From: Legionella massiliensis
Lineage (GTDB): Bacteria > Pseudomonadota > Gammaproteobacteria > Legionellales > Legionellaceae
Direction: 5' to 3'
DNA: 64,000 nt
NCBI RefSeq assembly: GCF_000756815.1
Contig: NZ_CCVW01000002.1
Span: forward strand, 238,157-302,156
Position numbers and translations under genes: made by a program
Part shown: positions 1 through 8,727 of the stretch, piece after piece
Layout of the letters: each line of letters opens with the position of its first letter
How positions within the stretch are numbered: the stretch's first letter is position 1
Notes under the pieces: model-generated
Told to the model about the DNA's origin: nothing
The model's database searches: none
What the model saw: the letters and a program-made list of their open reading frames with translations, nothing else

Positions 1-984
1 AATAGCGGCCATGAGCACAACGCCTATTAAGATATAGGGCATGGGAATATCTCTATCAGTCCGCGGAATTTTTACATCGGTTCGACTTCTGGCAAAAAAA
101 GCGCTAAATGAAACACTCATACTTTTAGCCAGGGGTTTTATTAATTTAAGGAAGGTCCAGGTGCCAGCAAAAAGCATTGCCCCAATTCCTAAATAGCGCA
201 TTTCACTGTTCCATAGCAGTGTTGCAGCTGCATCAGGCGCATTATTACTAATAAACTCAGGAAAAAACTGGCTAACTATAGGCATTGCGACAAGCCAGGA
301 AATAATTGCGCCTAAGAAAATACTCAGGGCCATTTCATAGCCTACTAAATACCCTGCTCCAATCATTGTGGCCGAAAAGCCTACCCCAAATCCAAAGATT
401 GAACGCTTGGCGGTAAACCAAAAAGTCCAATTGTTGGCAATTACTTTGAACCCAGCCTGTAATAGCTCGATCAGTGCCCCGATAGCACCGCCAAAAAAAA
501 TATCCTGGATCCCAGCTTTTTCAGCTGAAGATTTTAAAACTTCCGCAATTGCACGGCCTTCGGGAAACCTTAACACCGGTTCATTCACTAAAACCCGCCG
601 TAAGGGAATCGAAAAAAGGACGCCTAAAATACCGCCACAGGCTGCAATAAAGAAATTGGTTAGATAATCAAAATGAGTCCAATATTGAATGATGATCAAA
701 GCAGGAATCGTATAGACAATACCACCTGCTACTGCTTCGCCAGCAGAAGCCGCAGTTTGCACTGCATTATTTTCCAGAATTGTTGCATCCTTGAATAAAC
801 GCAAAATCCCCATAGAAATAATCGCCGCGGGAATAGATGCTGAAGTCAGGATACCCAACTTTAAGGCCAGATAAGCATTGGACAAAGCCAATACCACTGT
901 CAGTAAAATCGCCAAAACAACAGAGCGTACTGTCAATTCAGCAATTTTTCTATCCGCGGCAATAAACGGGGCAACCTCACTCAT
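1..984 (-). CDS. OPT-family oligopeptide transporter, N-terminal part. The gene runs off the window start.
   Basis: Minus-strand ORF starting at ATG 984..982 and read by hand. The product begins MSEVAPFIAADRKIAELTVRSVVLAILLTVV...SIPAAIISMGILRLF...TILENNAVQTAASAGE and is polytopic and hydrophobic, with an N-terminus typical of the OPT superfamily. Its ATG overlaps the stop codon of the downstream gene by 1 nt (TAATG). The 99-aa + strand ORF at 368-667 is antisense to it. Confidence 0.55.
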   Translation of the reverse strand, partial: MSEVAPFIAADRKIAELTVRSVVLAILLTVVLALSNAYLALKLGILTSASIPAAIISMGILRLFKDATILENNAVQTAASAGEAVAGGIVYTIPALIIIQYWTHFDYLTNFFIAACGGILGVLFSIPLRRVLVNEPVLRFPEGRAIAEVLKSSAEKAGIQDIFFGGAIGALIELLQAGFKVIANNWTFWFTAKRSIFGFGVGFSATMIGAGYLVGYEMALSIFLGAIISWLVAMPIVSQFFPEFISNNAPDAAATLLWNSEMRYLGIGAMLFAGTWTFLKLIKPLAKSMSVSFSAFFARSRTDVKIPRTDRDIPMPYILIGVVLMAAI

Positions 985-1658
985 TAGTTACCCCACAAGG
1001 TTTGAGAGACTTCAGGACGCAGCCAGGCACTAAGCTTAGCCTTGGGAATTAAAACCGTTTGTGGGCCATAAACATAGGCCGCCACCTGATAAGTATCAAA
1101 CACGATAGCCAAGCCATTTTTGCTAAAAAACCAATTTTTATAATTCTCTTGAGTTGGTTTGGTGCCAGTTGCAATCCAGTCTTTATCTGAAATTTGCTTA
1201 GCTTTGATGGCCGCAGAACTTAATTTTGCAAGCTCTGTCAGATAATTGCTCTCGGGTTTGAATAACTGATCCAAAGTCACAACCTGATTATTTAGAAAAT
1301 TTAGCGATTGTACACTATTCGCAGGATGAGCTGCACCACGAGTATAAGCAGAAAGTGAAAATAAAAGACTTAAGGCCTTTGGATTTTGGAATTTGATTTT
1401 ATAGTCAATACGGAGGCTGCTTATCCCTGGTACATCCGCCGACAATTTCTCAGCCTTAGGCCTATTGTTCTTCTGCATGGATTGAATAAAATTTTGCACG
1501 GTTTCATCGATATTCTTATTTGCAAAACCTTGGGGATACTTGATTTGGAGATCCAACTCAGTAGTTTCTTTTTTAATTACCACTGTTGCAGGCTTAGAAG
1601 CCCAGGCCTGTCCTAAGGAACAACATAAAAATATAAGCGCTAAAATCGATCTTAGCAT
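984..1658 (-). CDS. Secreted or periplasmic protein with a DUF3298/DUF4163 (RsiV-like) domain
   Basis: 224 aa. Signal peptide MLRSILALIFLCCSLGQAWA. The motif SAYTRGAAHPANS...LNFLNNQVVTLDQLF resembles the Y-TGGAHG...LTL-DLF signature of DUF3298. The coding strand is preceded by a GGAG ribosome-binding site. Confidence 0.5.
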   Translation of the reverse strand: MLRSILALIFLCCSLGQAWASKPATVVIKKETTELDLQIKYPQGFANKNIDETVQNFIQSMQKNNRPKAEKLSADVPGISSLRIDYKIKFQNPKALSLLFSLSAYTRGAAHPANSVQSLNFLNNQVVTLDQLFKPESNYLTELAKLSSAAIKAKQISDKDWIATGTKPTQENYKNWFFSKNGLAIVFDTYQVAAYVYGPQTVLIPKAKLSAWLRPEVSQTLWGN

Positions 1659-1677
1659 TAGTGAAACTCCTTAAAGA

Positions 1678-2898
1678 TCAACTAGTTAACAGCCATTCAC
1701 CCGCAACCATGGTACGGTGAGGGAGCGGAAAACCAAAGTGGTAACAAAGTGACGCGCTATCATACACTGACCAAAGAACTAAATCTGCATTTAAACCAAC
1801 TTTGATAGAGCCTGTTTCTTGCTCAAGACCTAAGGCCTTTGCCCCCTGATAAGTAACTGCTGCTAAAACCTCAGGAACCCTAAGTTGAAAGAGTTGACAA
1901 GCCATATTCATCATTAAGAGTAAAGACGTTGTTGGCGAGCTGCCTGGATTAGAATCGGTTGCTATCGCGATTCCAACCCCCTTTTCTCGCAGCAGATCAA
2001 TAGGTGGTTTTATTGTTTCACGCAAGAAATAATAGGCTCCCGGCAAAAGCACAGCTACTGTACCACTTTCCGCCATTGCCCTAGCTCCAGCTTCATCCAG
2101 ATGTTCTAAATGATCACAGGATAAGGCTCCCATCTTGGCTGCCAGTTGACTTGCCCCTAAATTTGATAATTGCTCAGCATGGCATTTGATAGCTAAGCCA
2201 AGCTCTTTGGCGTTTAGAAAGAGTTGCTCTGTCTGTTTTAAATTAAAGGCAATCGACTCACAAAAGACATCAACAGCATCAGCTAATCCACTCTCTGCAA
2301 CCCGAGGTAACATTTCAAAGCAAAGAAAATCAACATAGGCTTGGCTATTATCCTTATACTCTGGCGGGATAGCATGGGCGCCAAGAAAGGTTGTTCTAAC
2401 ACGTAGGCCGCTTAGCTTAGCTAAGCGTCTTGCAACCCTTAACATCTTAAGTTCTGAATCTAAATCAAGGCCATAGCCTGATTTAATTTCCAAGGTTGTC
2501 ACCCCTTCTGCTCGCAAGGCCAAAATACGGGGTAAGGATTGCTGCAGCAACTCCTCCTCCGAAGCAGCACGAGTATTTCTTACAGTTGATAAGATACCGC
2601 CTCCCGAGCGCGCGATTTCTGCATAGGTTTCCCCTTCCAGGCGCCGCTTAAACTCATCAGCACGATCACCGGCATAAACAAGATGAGTATGGCAATCAAC
2701 CAAACCTGGGGTAAGCAACTGGCCCTGACAATCTTCAATTTGATAAGTTTGCTGCAAAAATTCAGCAGGCAAATCCGCACAATTACCGCACCAAACAATG
2801 CGCCCTTGATCTATGGCTACCGCCTGATTGTCTAACTGCTGACCCTCAGCATCAATTGTTGTGGCATTTAATAATAACCGCTCATAGGAATGCATCAT
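1678..2898 (-). CDS. hutI: Imidazolonepropionase
   Basis: 406 aa. Amidohydrolase signatures DCHTHLV and KCHAEQLS, and full-length similarity to HutI. It sits next to hutG. Confidence 0.85.
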   Translation of the reverse strand: MMHSYERLLLNATTIDAEGQQLDNQAVAIDQGRIVWCGNCADLPAEFLQQTYQIEDCQGQLLTPGLVDCHTHLVYAGDRADEFKRRLEGETYAEIARSGGGILSTVRNTRAASEEELLQQSLPRILALRAEGVTTLEIKSGYGLDLDSELKMLRVARRLAKLSGLRVRTTFLGAHAIPPEYKDNSQAYVDFLCFEMLPRVAESGLADAVDVFCESIAFNLKQTEQLFLNAKELGLAIKCHAEQLSNLGASQLAAKMGALSCDHLEHLDEAGARAMAESGTVAVLLPGAYYFLRETIKPPIDLLREKGVGIAIATDSNPGSSPTTSLLLMMNMACQLFQLRVPEVLAAVTYQGAKALGLEQETGSIKVGLNADLVLWSVYDSASLCYHFGFPLPHRTMVAGEWLLTS

Positions 2899-3657
2899 TT
2901 ACTCCCACTCAGGAACCGTATTAGGCGCTCGCAGCCAATATTGGTGGTGACTTTTATCATAAATATCCCATTCTTTCGAAGAATAGACTGCGGGTTCTAT
3001 ATCCAGTAGCAACCAACAGAGGAAATCCCCTACTGTTGCCGGTGATAGCAGTAAGCCATTTCGATGCAGGTTAATAAAAAAATCATGCTTTTCTTCTTCC
3101 ATAAATTGGGCGTCGCGAATTAAACCCTGCATATCAGTATCAATAATTCCAGGCATCACAGAAGCCATTGCCAAGTTTGGTTTCTCTAGCTGCCAGCAAC
3201 GTGTCAGCATTGACAAAGCCGCTTTGGAAACACAGTAGCCAGACCAGCCAGCTACTGGAAAATAAGCTGCCCCAGAGCCAATGTGCAAAACGCGACCCTG
3301 CTTTAATTTATCGATTAGCAGCTGAGTTAAAAATAAGGGGGCATTAAGATTGGTCGCCAAAATTTGTTGCCAGGCGGACTCACTAATCGATTCGATAGGG
3401 GAAATAGGTTGGATAGTGCCAGCATTATGCACTAAACCGTCAATTGAATGCACTTCAGCTAAAGCAGCAACAAGCTGCTTACGTTCCTTGTCGGTAGATA
3501 CATCAGCACAATGGTAACTGATTAGCGAGGAAAACGAGGCTGTTTCAACAAGGGCTTGCTCTCGCCTGCCAACAATCAAAATCTTTTTACCACGTTTAGC
3601 TAAGGCCAGGGCTAAAGCACGCCCAATCCCGCTTCCTCCACCTGTGATTAAGTACAT
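2899..3657 (-). CDS. Short-chain dehydrogenase/reductase (SDR)
   Basis: 252 aa. N-terminal TGGGSGIGRALALALAKRG Rossmann motif. Catalytic Y-x-x-x-K (YCVSK). It ends 1 nt before the hutI start, consistent with one operon. Confidence 0.8.
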   Translation of the reverse strand: MYLITGGGSGIGRALALALAKRGKKILIVGRREQALVETASFSSLISYHCADVSTDKERKQLVAALAEVHSIDGLVHNAGTIQPISPIESISESAWQQILATNLNAPLFLTQLLIDKLKQGRVLHIGSGAAYFPVAGWSGYCVSKAALSMLTRCWQLEKPNLAMASVMPGIIDTDMQGLIRDAQFMEEEKHDFFINLHRNGLLLSPATVGDFLCWLLLDIEPAVYSSKEWDIYDKSHHQYWLRAPNTVPEWE

Positions 3658-3771
3658 TGGATTCCCCTAGGAGACGACAGTTAAACTTCGCGATAATAGC
3701 AGAGGCCCATCTAATTAGCACGATTCTTTGTAGGAGACAAAAAATAGAAAATCCTCTAATTTGCTCCTAAT

Positions 3772-4045
3772 CCCCGCGGCTTGACCCATAGGTATCTATA
3801 CAAGTGTCTGTAATAGATGAGCTCTGTCCCCCTAAGGCACGTCATCCAGAGCACAGCGAAGGATCTCCTGAATGTGGCACGGTGCTAATCCCGGAGATCC
3901 TTCGCTGCGCTCTGGATGACGTAGTGTTGAAACAAGGAAGGACGTGACCTTATTACAAACACTTGTGTAGATACCTATGGGCTTGACCGCGGGGTCTATC
4001 AAGCTTTCACTACTCCCGAGGTCAAGCCGCGGGAATTCGAGTTTT
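3772..4045. repeat. Composite nested palindromic element: a type A hairpin at 3840-3920, inside a ~30-bp inverted repeat (cccataggtatctatacaagtgtctgtaat / attacaaacacttgtgtagatacctatggg), inside D-like gcggcttgaccc arms
   Basis: Read directly. Near-identical to the copy at 40793-41025. Confidence 0.85.
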
Positions 4046-4165
4046 CCTGGGATTACCTATTTTTTTCTGTGCAAAGAGCACGATTATCGCGCAAGTAGAT
4101 GCAAATGAGCTTTAAGAGAGATATATTACTGTGATTTTGCAAATCGCCAGAGCCAGGATGCTAAA

Positions 4166-5125
4166 ATGCTAAACAAACTTTCAAATTATCAACCAACTCA
4201 GCCATCCCTATGGCAAGGACGCAAAGATAGTCTGCCCGGCGAACGTTTTTTTCAACATGTTAATCTCGTCGATTTGAACAACCAATCCTTAGCAGAATCA
4301 TCGAATGCAACCATTCTCCTTGGATTTTGCAGTGACGAAGGCATACGCCGAAATGAAGGACGTATCGGTGCTAAATCAGGTCCCCTTGAATTAAGAGAGC
4401 AACTGGCAAAGCTTTCTTGTCACTCCCAGCAACAATTTATCGATCTAGGTAACATTGTTTGCGAGCACGATCTAGAAGGTGCGCAAGAGCAGTTTGCCGA
4501 ATTAATTAGTTATTGCCATCTGCAAGGATATAAAACTCTAGCCTTTGGTGGAGGACATGAAATTGCCTGGGGGCACTTTCGCGGTTTAACTTCCCATTAC
4601 CCTAAACTTGGCATCATTAATTTCGATGCTCATTTTGATTTGCGCCCTCTAAAAGATGGACGTTTTGCTACTTCAGGCACTCCTTTCCGTCAAATTTCAG
4701 AATATTGCTTGCTAAATCAACTACCTTTTGATTATTGTTGTCTCGGAATCCAGAACATTGCCAATACTCGAAGCTTATTTGACTGTGCAAAAGAACTAAA
4801 AGTTTCTTATCTGTGCACAGAACGAATCAATCAAGAAAGCTTTGCCTGGCAAACTGCGTTTCTGGATGAGTTTATGTTACGCCATGACTATATTTATCTA
4901 AGTCTTTGTCTTGATGTATTTGCCGAGTGCTTCGCACCGGGGGTCAGCGCTCCTCAAGCTACGGGTCTAACACCCTGGCAGGCCCTCCCACTGTTGAAAT
5001 ACATCCTACAAACTGGCAAAGTGGTAAGTCTTGATGTGGCTGAGCTCTCGCCTCCCTTAGATGAAGGGAAAAAAACTGTGCGATTAGCCGCAAGTCTTGT
5101 GGCAGAGTTGCTAGATTACTATTAA
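4166..5125 (+). CDS. hutG: Formimidoylglutamase (arginase/ureohydrolase family)
   Basis: 319 aa. Mn-binding motifs GGGHEIAWGH, DAHFD and SLDVAE. Placement divergent from hutI favours HutG over arginase. Confidence 0.7.
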   Translation: MLNKLSNYQPTQPSLWQGRKDSLPGERFFQHVNLVDLNNQSLAESSNATILLGFCSDEGIRRNEGRIGAKSGPLELREQLAKLSCHSQQQFIDLGNIVCEHDLEGAQEQFAELISYCHLQGYKTLAFGGGHEIAWGHFRGLTSHYPKLGIINFDAHFDLRPLKDGRFATSGTPFRQISEYCLLNQLPFDYCCLGIQNIANTRSLFDCAKELKVSYLCTERINQESFAWQTAFLDEFMLRHDYIYLSLCLDVFAECFAPGVSAPQATGLTPWQALPLLKYILQTGKVVSLDVAELSPPLDEGKKTVRLAASLVAELLDYY

Positions 5126-5142
5126 AGCAAGGAGTGTTATCG

Positions 5143-6324
5143 ATGAAAAAATCCATGCTGTATGCAGGATTAATGACTATTTTAAGTGCAACAGCGTATG
5201 CCGAAGATAGTAACAACCTCAATACTATACAAACAAATCCTGGAGCTACTAATGCTGTGCAATTAGCCATGCAACAGGGAGTACAACTAGCATCTTCTGA
5301 TGCAGTGCAAACACCCGCTAATAGCACTGTCAAAACACCTGCTAACTCTGAAACACAGCCCGCAGCAGTCAGTACACCAACTTCCGCCACCGGCGCAGCA
5401 CCAACCCCGGCTTTGGATACCTCAACAGCACCAGCAGCACCAGCAGCGACAGGTGCGACTACGACACCAGCGACGGGGGATGTTACAACGCCAGCGGCAG
5501 GTGCTGCTACGACACCAGCAGCAGGTACTGCTACGACACCAGCGGCAGGTGCTGCTACGACACCAGCGGCAGGTGCTGCTACGACACCAGCGGCAGGTGC
5601 TGCTACGACACCAGCGGCAGGTGCTGCTACGGCACCGGCAGCAGGTGCGACTACGACACCGGCAGCAGGTGCGACTACGACACCGGCAGCAGGTGCGACT
5701 TCGACACCGGCAGCAGGTGCGACTACGACACCGGCAGCAGGTGCGACTACGACACCGGCAGCAGGTGCGACTTCGACACCAGAAGCAGGTACGACTACAA
5801 CACCAGCAGCAATCAAGCCAGCCCAACCCTTGGATTGTAGCTACCGTATTCCGCCAGAAACTTCGCATATCGAACAAACTATTGTGATGAAATGGGCTGA
5901 GAAGGCTGCAGAGCAATCCTTTGATTTTGACTTCAACAACCTTGATAAACAAATTTCCCTATTAAAGTCTTGTTATACTGAGCAGGGATGGCAAGGTTTT
6001 AATGATGCCTTACAAAAATCAGGAAACATCAATGCCATTAAAACTCAGCAACTTACTGTAAGTTCGATGGTAAATGGGGAAGGCAAAATTACTGAGCTCA
6101 AAGATAACCAATGGAAAATTGCTATCCCAATGCAGGTGGTTTACCAAAATGATAAGGAAAAATTAACTCAACCGCTAACCATCAATCTGATTGTTGGACG
6201 CAAAGTCTCTGGCGACTTAGGTATTATGCAAATGATTGCTATACCTCGCCAACCAATGACCAATGCAGCTGGTGGTGAGAACCCTCAAGAGACAACTACC
6301 ACAACGACTACACAGAAGCCCTAA
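5143..6324 (+). CDS. Secreted protein with a Thr/Pro/Ala-rich tandem-repeat linker and a C-terminal IcmL/DotI-like domain
   Basis: ATG at 5143 lies 9 nt after an AAGGAG ribosome-binding site. The ORF track starts at a GTG at 5134 that overlaps that site. Signal peptide MKKSMLYAGLMTILSATAYA. About 15 copies of TTPAAGA(A/T) are encoded by 24-bp tandem repeats at 5449-5810. The C-terminal ~170 aa (GWQGFNDALQKSGNINAIK...WKIAIPMQVVY...LTINLIVGRKV...LGIMQMIAIP) match my recollection of the IcmL/DotI periplasmic domain pattern. Confidence 0.6.
   Translation: MKKSMLYAGLMTILSATAYAEDSNNLNTIQTNPGATNAVQLAMQQGVQLASSDAVQTPANSTVKTPANSETQPAAVSTPTSATGAAPTPALDTSTAPAAPAATGATTTPATGDVTTPAAGAATTPAAGTATTPAAGAATTPAAGAATTPAAGAATTPAAGAATAPAAGATTTPAAGATTTPAAGATSTPAAGATTTPAAGATTTPAAGATSTPEAGTTTTPAAIKPAQPLDCSYRIPPETSHIEQTIVMKWAEKAAEQSFDFDFNNLDKQISLLKSCYTEQGWQGFNDALQKSGNINAIKTQQLTVSSMVNGEGKITELKDNQWKIAIPMQVVYQNDKEKLTQPLTINLIVGRKVSGDLGIMQMIAIPRQPMTNAAGGENPQETTTTTTTQKP
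5449..5810 (+). repeat. Perfect 24-bp tandem repeat array, ~15 units, in two sub-families
   Basis: Repeated units gctacgacaccagcggcaggtgct and gcgactacgacaccggcagcaggt, read directly. This array produces the artefactual overlapping ORFs at 4959-5816(-), 5300-5887(+) and 5422-5952(-). Confidence 0.9.
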
Positions 6325-6379
6325 GGATTTGCATAGGTTTTGTAGTAGCTAGGCGACATCATTTATACCCCCTCATCCT

Positions 6380-6415
6380 ACCCTCTCCCCCACGCTACGC
6401 GCGGTGGAGAGGGGA
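6380..6415. repeat. Type G fragment (ctctccc...cgcgcggtggagagggg)
   Basis: A related copy lies at 8060-8095, next to a type F fragment. Confidence 0.5.
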
Positions 6416-6441
6416 TAAATGTAAGATCAAGTCTCCCACCC

Positions 6442-6515
6442 CGTCATCCTGAGCGCAGCGAAGGATCTCCGGGATTAGCACAGTTGCTACACTCAGGAGA
6501 TCCTTCGCTGCGCTC
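6442..6515. repeat. Type A palindromic mini-element (cgtcatcctgagcgcagcgaaggatctcc...ggagatccttcgctgcgctc)
   Basis: About 75-86-bp near-perfect hairpin. Copies at 3840-3920, 6442-6515, 15168-15238, 19597-19681, 28075-28147, 33234-33306, 40867-40948 and 42340-42421. Confidence 0.85.
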
Positions 6516-6659
6516 CCAAAGACGTACGTCATGTCGAACGTAGAGAGACATCTCCTGAGTGTAGCAACTGTGCTAATCCCGGAGATCCCTCACTATGTTC
6601 GGGATAACGAGGTTTTTATGGATGTTTGCCCAAAAGGGGCTGGGGCGCTCAGGATGACG
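6515..6659 (+). repeat. Type B mini-element (~131-145 bp; cccaaagacgtacgtcatgtcgaacgtagagagacatctcc...tttgccccaatggggctggggcgctc), fused to the preceding type A
   Basis: Consensus shared with 15238-15790 (x4), 16758-16900(-), 27911-28074(-), 30725-30872(-), 33095-33233(-) and 58710-58852(+). Confidence 0.85.
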
Positions 6660-6718
6660 TGCTATGTTAGGGTGACGGGGCTGACCTATTACGGATAAAT
6701 AGAAGATTACAAACCCAT

Positions 6719-7672
6719 TTAGCCAAAGTGCAGAACATAACGGATTATCCCGTTTGTACCCTGAGAATGGTTTCTCGCGCCCCGCTCAATGTATAAGTTA
6801 AAAAATACAAACTGATTTTTGGTTAAACCATAAAGCATTCCAGGACCAATGGCCCAAACCTTTTCTTCTCTCCCAGCAACACCCTGACCATTTACACGAG
6901 TATTGGTAAATTGATTAAACACATAGCTATTGATACCTAAGTGAAATTTTTCTGTAACTGCAAAATCAGTTGCAATGTTAGCAAAGACAGCTTGTCCTGC
7001 TTGTGTGGAATGCACCGTGGGACCAAAACCAGATGGATCTTTATTTTTTGCATTCCATAGATAATGCAGGCGCATAGATGCCGCCCATTTGGGTGTGATC
7101 CACAAAGTTGATGCCCAATAAGGGTTAATTGACCAGAAATTAGCGCTGGGGTTGATCGAAAATTCAGAGTCATAATGACCAATTGGCACAATGACATCAA
7201 ATTCAAAACGCTGAACAAATAAAGGACCCTGACCATTTTTACGCATAATTGGGTCAAATTGTAAGGCTGGACCTATCGTCAAATCACCAATACCATCAGC
7301 CGCTCTTAAGACGGGGTTAGGTAATCCATCATTGACCCTAGCATGTAATACTGAAGGTAGGACCGCTGAAATTCCCAGATTCGCACCTAGAACTTTCTTG
7401 GTTGATAAATAAATTAACTGCAAGATATCCGCAGTGACGCGCAGATCATTTTCCGGAAAAGGCAGCTTATTTCCATTCTTATCATTAAGTCGGTTAGCTG
7501 TGTAATACTGGAAGTAATTTTGAAAATAAAAACCCGGGCCAGATGGCGGACCACCATCCAAAAAGCTGGTATATCCGAGATTAACAACGGGTTCATCGTA
7601 AGCTAGAGCAACTGATGGTAAGGTCAGACACAGTAAGCCAGCAAAACTTGCTAATAGCTGATTCCGTTTCAT
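6719..7672 (-). CDS. Outer-membrane beta-barrel protein, possibly of the MetA-pathway/phenol-degradation-like OMP transporter family
   Basis: Start reassigned to ATG 7672, which has an AAGGA ribosome-binding site 6 nt upstream. Signal peptide MKRNQLLASFAGLLCLTLPSVALA. Gly/aromatic-rich alternating pattern. C-terminal ...RYVLHF. Confidence 0.5.
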   Translation of the reverse strand: MKRNQLLASFAGLLCLTLPSVALAYDEPVVNLGYTSFLDGGPPSGPGFYFQNYFQYYTANRLNDKNGNKLPFPENDLRVTADILQLIYLSTKKVLGANLGISAVLPSVLHARVNDGLPNPVLRAADGIGDLTIGPALQFDPIMRKNGQGPLFVQRFEFDVIVPIGHYDSEFSINPSANFWSINPYWASTLWITPKWAASMRLHYLWNAKNKDPSGFGPTVHSTQAGQAVFANIATDFAVTEKFHLGINSYVFNQFTNTRVNGQGVAGREEKVWAIGPGMLYGLTKNQFVFFNLYIERGARNHSQGTNGIIRYVLHFG

Positions 7673-7984
7673 TATTATCCTTAATATCAATCTAAGATAA
7701 GAATTCGATTATTTATCAATAGGATAATCAGTTTTATATTGGCTGGGAATAGTTTTTGTAATTATTAGGCTAACACATTCGCACTGAGTTCTGTGCGCTA
7801 GCACAGGTTCTCGAACTGATGTATCTTCACAAACTTGTAACTCAAAAAAATAGTTACTTATTAAATCATTATGCTCTTTTTTATGTCGTTCCTTCGTAGG
7901 CAGGAATAACAGGAAAATAGATCAACTTATGCGATTAACATACATTTTTTTAGTCATACATCTGAATTTCAAATTCGTGGGGAT

Positions 7985-8047
7985 ACCTCAAGTCTCGAAG
8001 CGTCGCTGCGAATAGCTTCGAGACGGCCTAAAGGCCTCCTCAGCCCG
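7985..8047 (-). repeat. Type F fragment, reverse orientation (ctcgaagc...gcttcgagacggcctaaaggcctcctcagcccgaacgg)
   Basis: Reverse complement of the 5' part of the F elements at 42162-42335 and 48590-48775. Confidence 0.7.
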
Positions 8048-8103
8048 AACGGGTAATTCACTCTCCCTCACAATGCGCGTGGTGGAGAGGAAATAAAGAC
8101 TAT

Positions 8104-8688
8104 TTACGCTGAACCCTTTTCATCCGCATAGGGTAGGATAGTTACCTGCGTACCTACAGTAATAAATTGCTCATTGAGCCATTTAGCCGCGCTTGGTAGT
8201 ACACGCACGCAGCCATGGCTAGTATTAGCGTAGGGCACTTCATAGCCGGCATGAATTGTAAAACCCTGGAAGAAATACATACAGTAAGGCATTTTTGCGC
8301 CCCCGGTAGTTTCTACAGGATATTCACCTGACCGACATTCAAGGCCACGCTTATTATAGACACGGAAGGTACCAGTCACGGTTCGGCAAGATTGGTTGTG
8401 ATCTTCATCGCAAACATCTTTTCCACCCGAAGCACTACCGGTCATTACTCGGACACCATCTTCATCATAAGCTGCCCAAGCATAAGCTTGCGGGTCAAAG
8501 ATAAATTGTCTTTTACCTGTTGCAGGCGCTTTTTCCGGAAAATGATCACGGCCACGTTTATCGCGAAGATAATGAGTAGTGCGATGGACAACGCCAACAT
8601 CATCAGTTATCAGGGTTGATTCATCATAATATTCCATACAACCGGCAAGCCCAAGGGACAGCATGCTCGCCCACAACAACTTTTTCAT
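8104..8688 (-). CDS. L,D-transpeptidase (YkuD-domain) lipoprotein
   Basis: 194 aa. Lipobox LGLAGC. The catalytic motif H-x15-18-[S/T]-H-G-C-[V/I]-R is present as HAGYEVPYANTSHGCVR. Confidence 0.7.
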   Translation of the reverse strand: MKKLLWASMLSLGLAGCMEYYDESTLITDDVGVVHRTTHYLRDKRGRDHFPEKAPATGKRQFIFDPQAYAWAAYDEDGVRVMTGSASGGKDVCDEDHNQSCRTVTGTFRVYNKRGLECRSGEYPVETTGGAKMPYCMYFFQGFTIHAGYEVPYANTSHGCVRVLPSAAKWLNEQFITVGTQVTILPYADEKGSA

Positions 8689-8727
8689 GGTAAAAATTCT
8701 CTCTATTATCGTTGAGTTACAAAGTTA

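Noticed and set aside
368-667. 99-aa + strand ORF
   Set aside because: It lies antisense within the OPT transporter gene, which gives a clean, conserved transmembrane protein on the minus strand.
4959-5952. Three long ORFs overlapping the PT-repeat gene on other frames and strands (285 aa on -, 195 aa on +, 176 aa on -)
   Set aside because: All are generated by the 24-bp tandem repeat. Their products are pure low-complexity (AGVVVAPAAG..., QVLLRHQR..., CRSRTCCR...), and they have no start context. The frame with a signal peptide and a globular C-terminal domain is the real gene.
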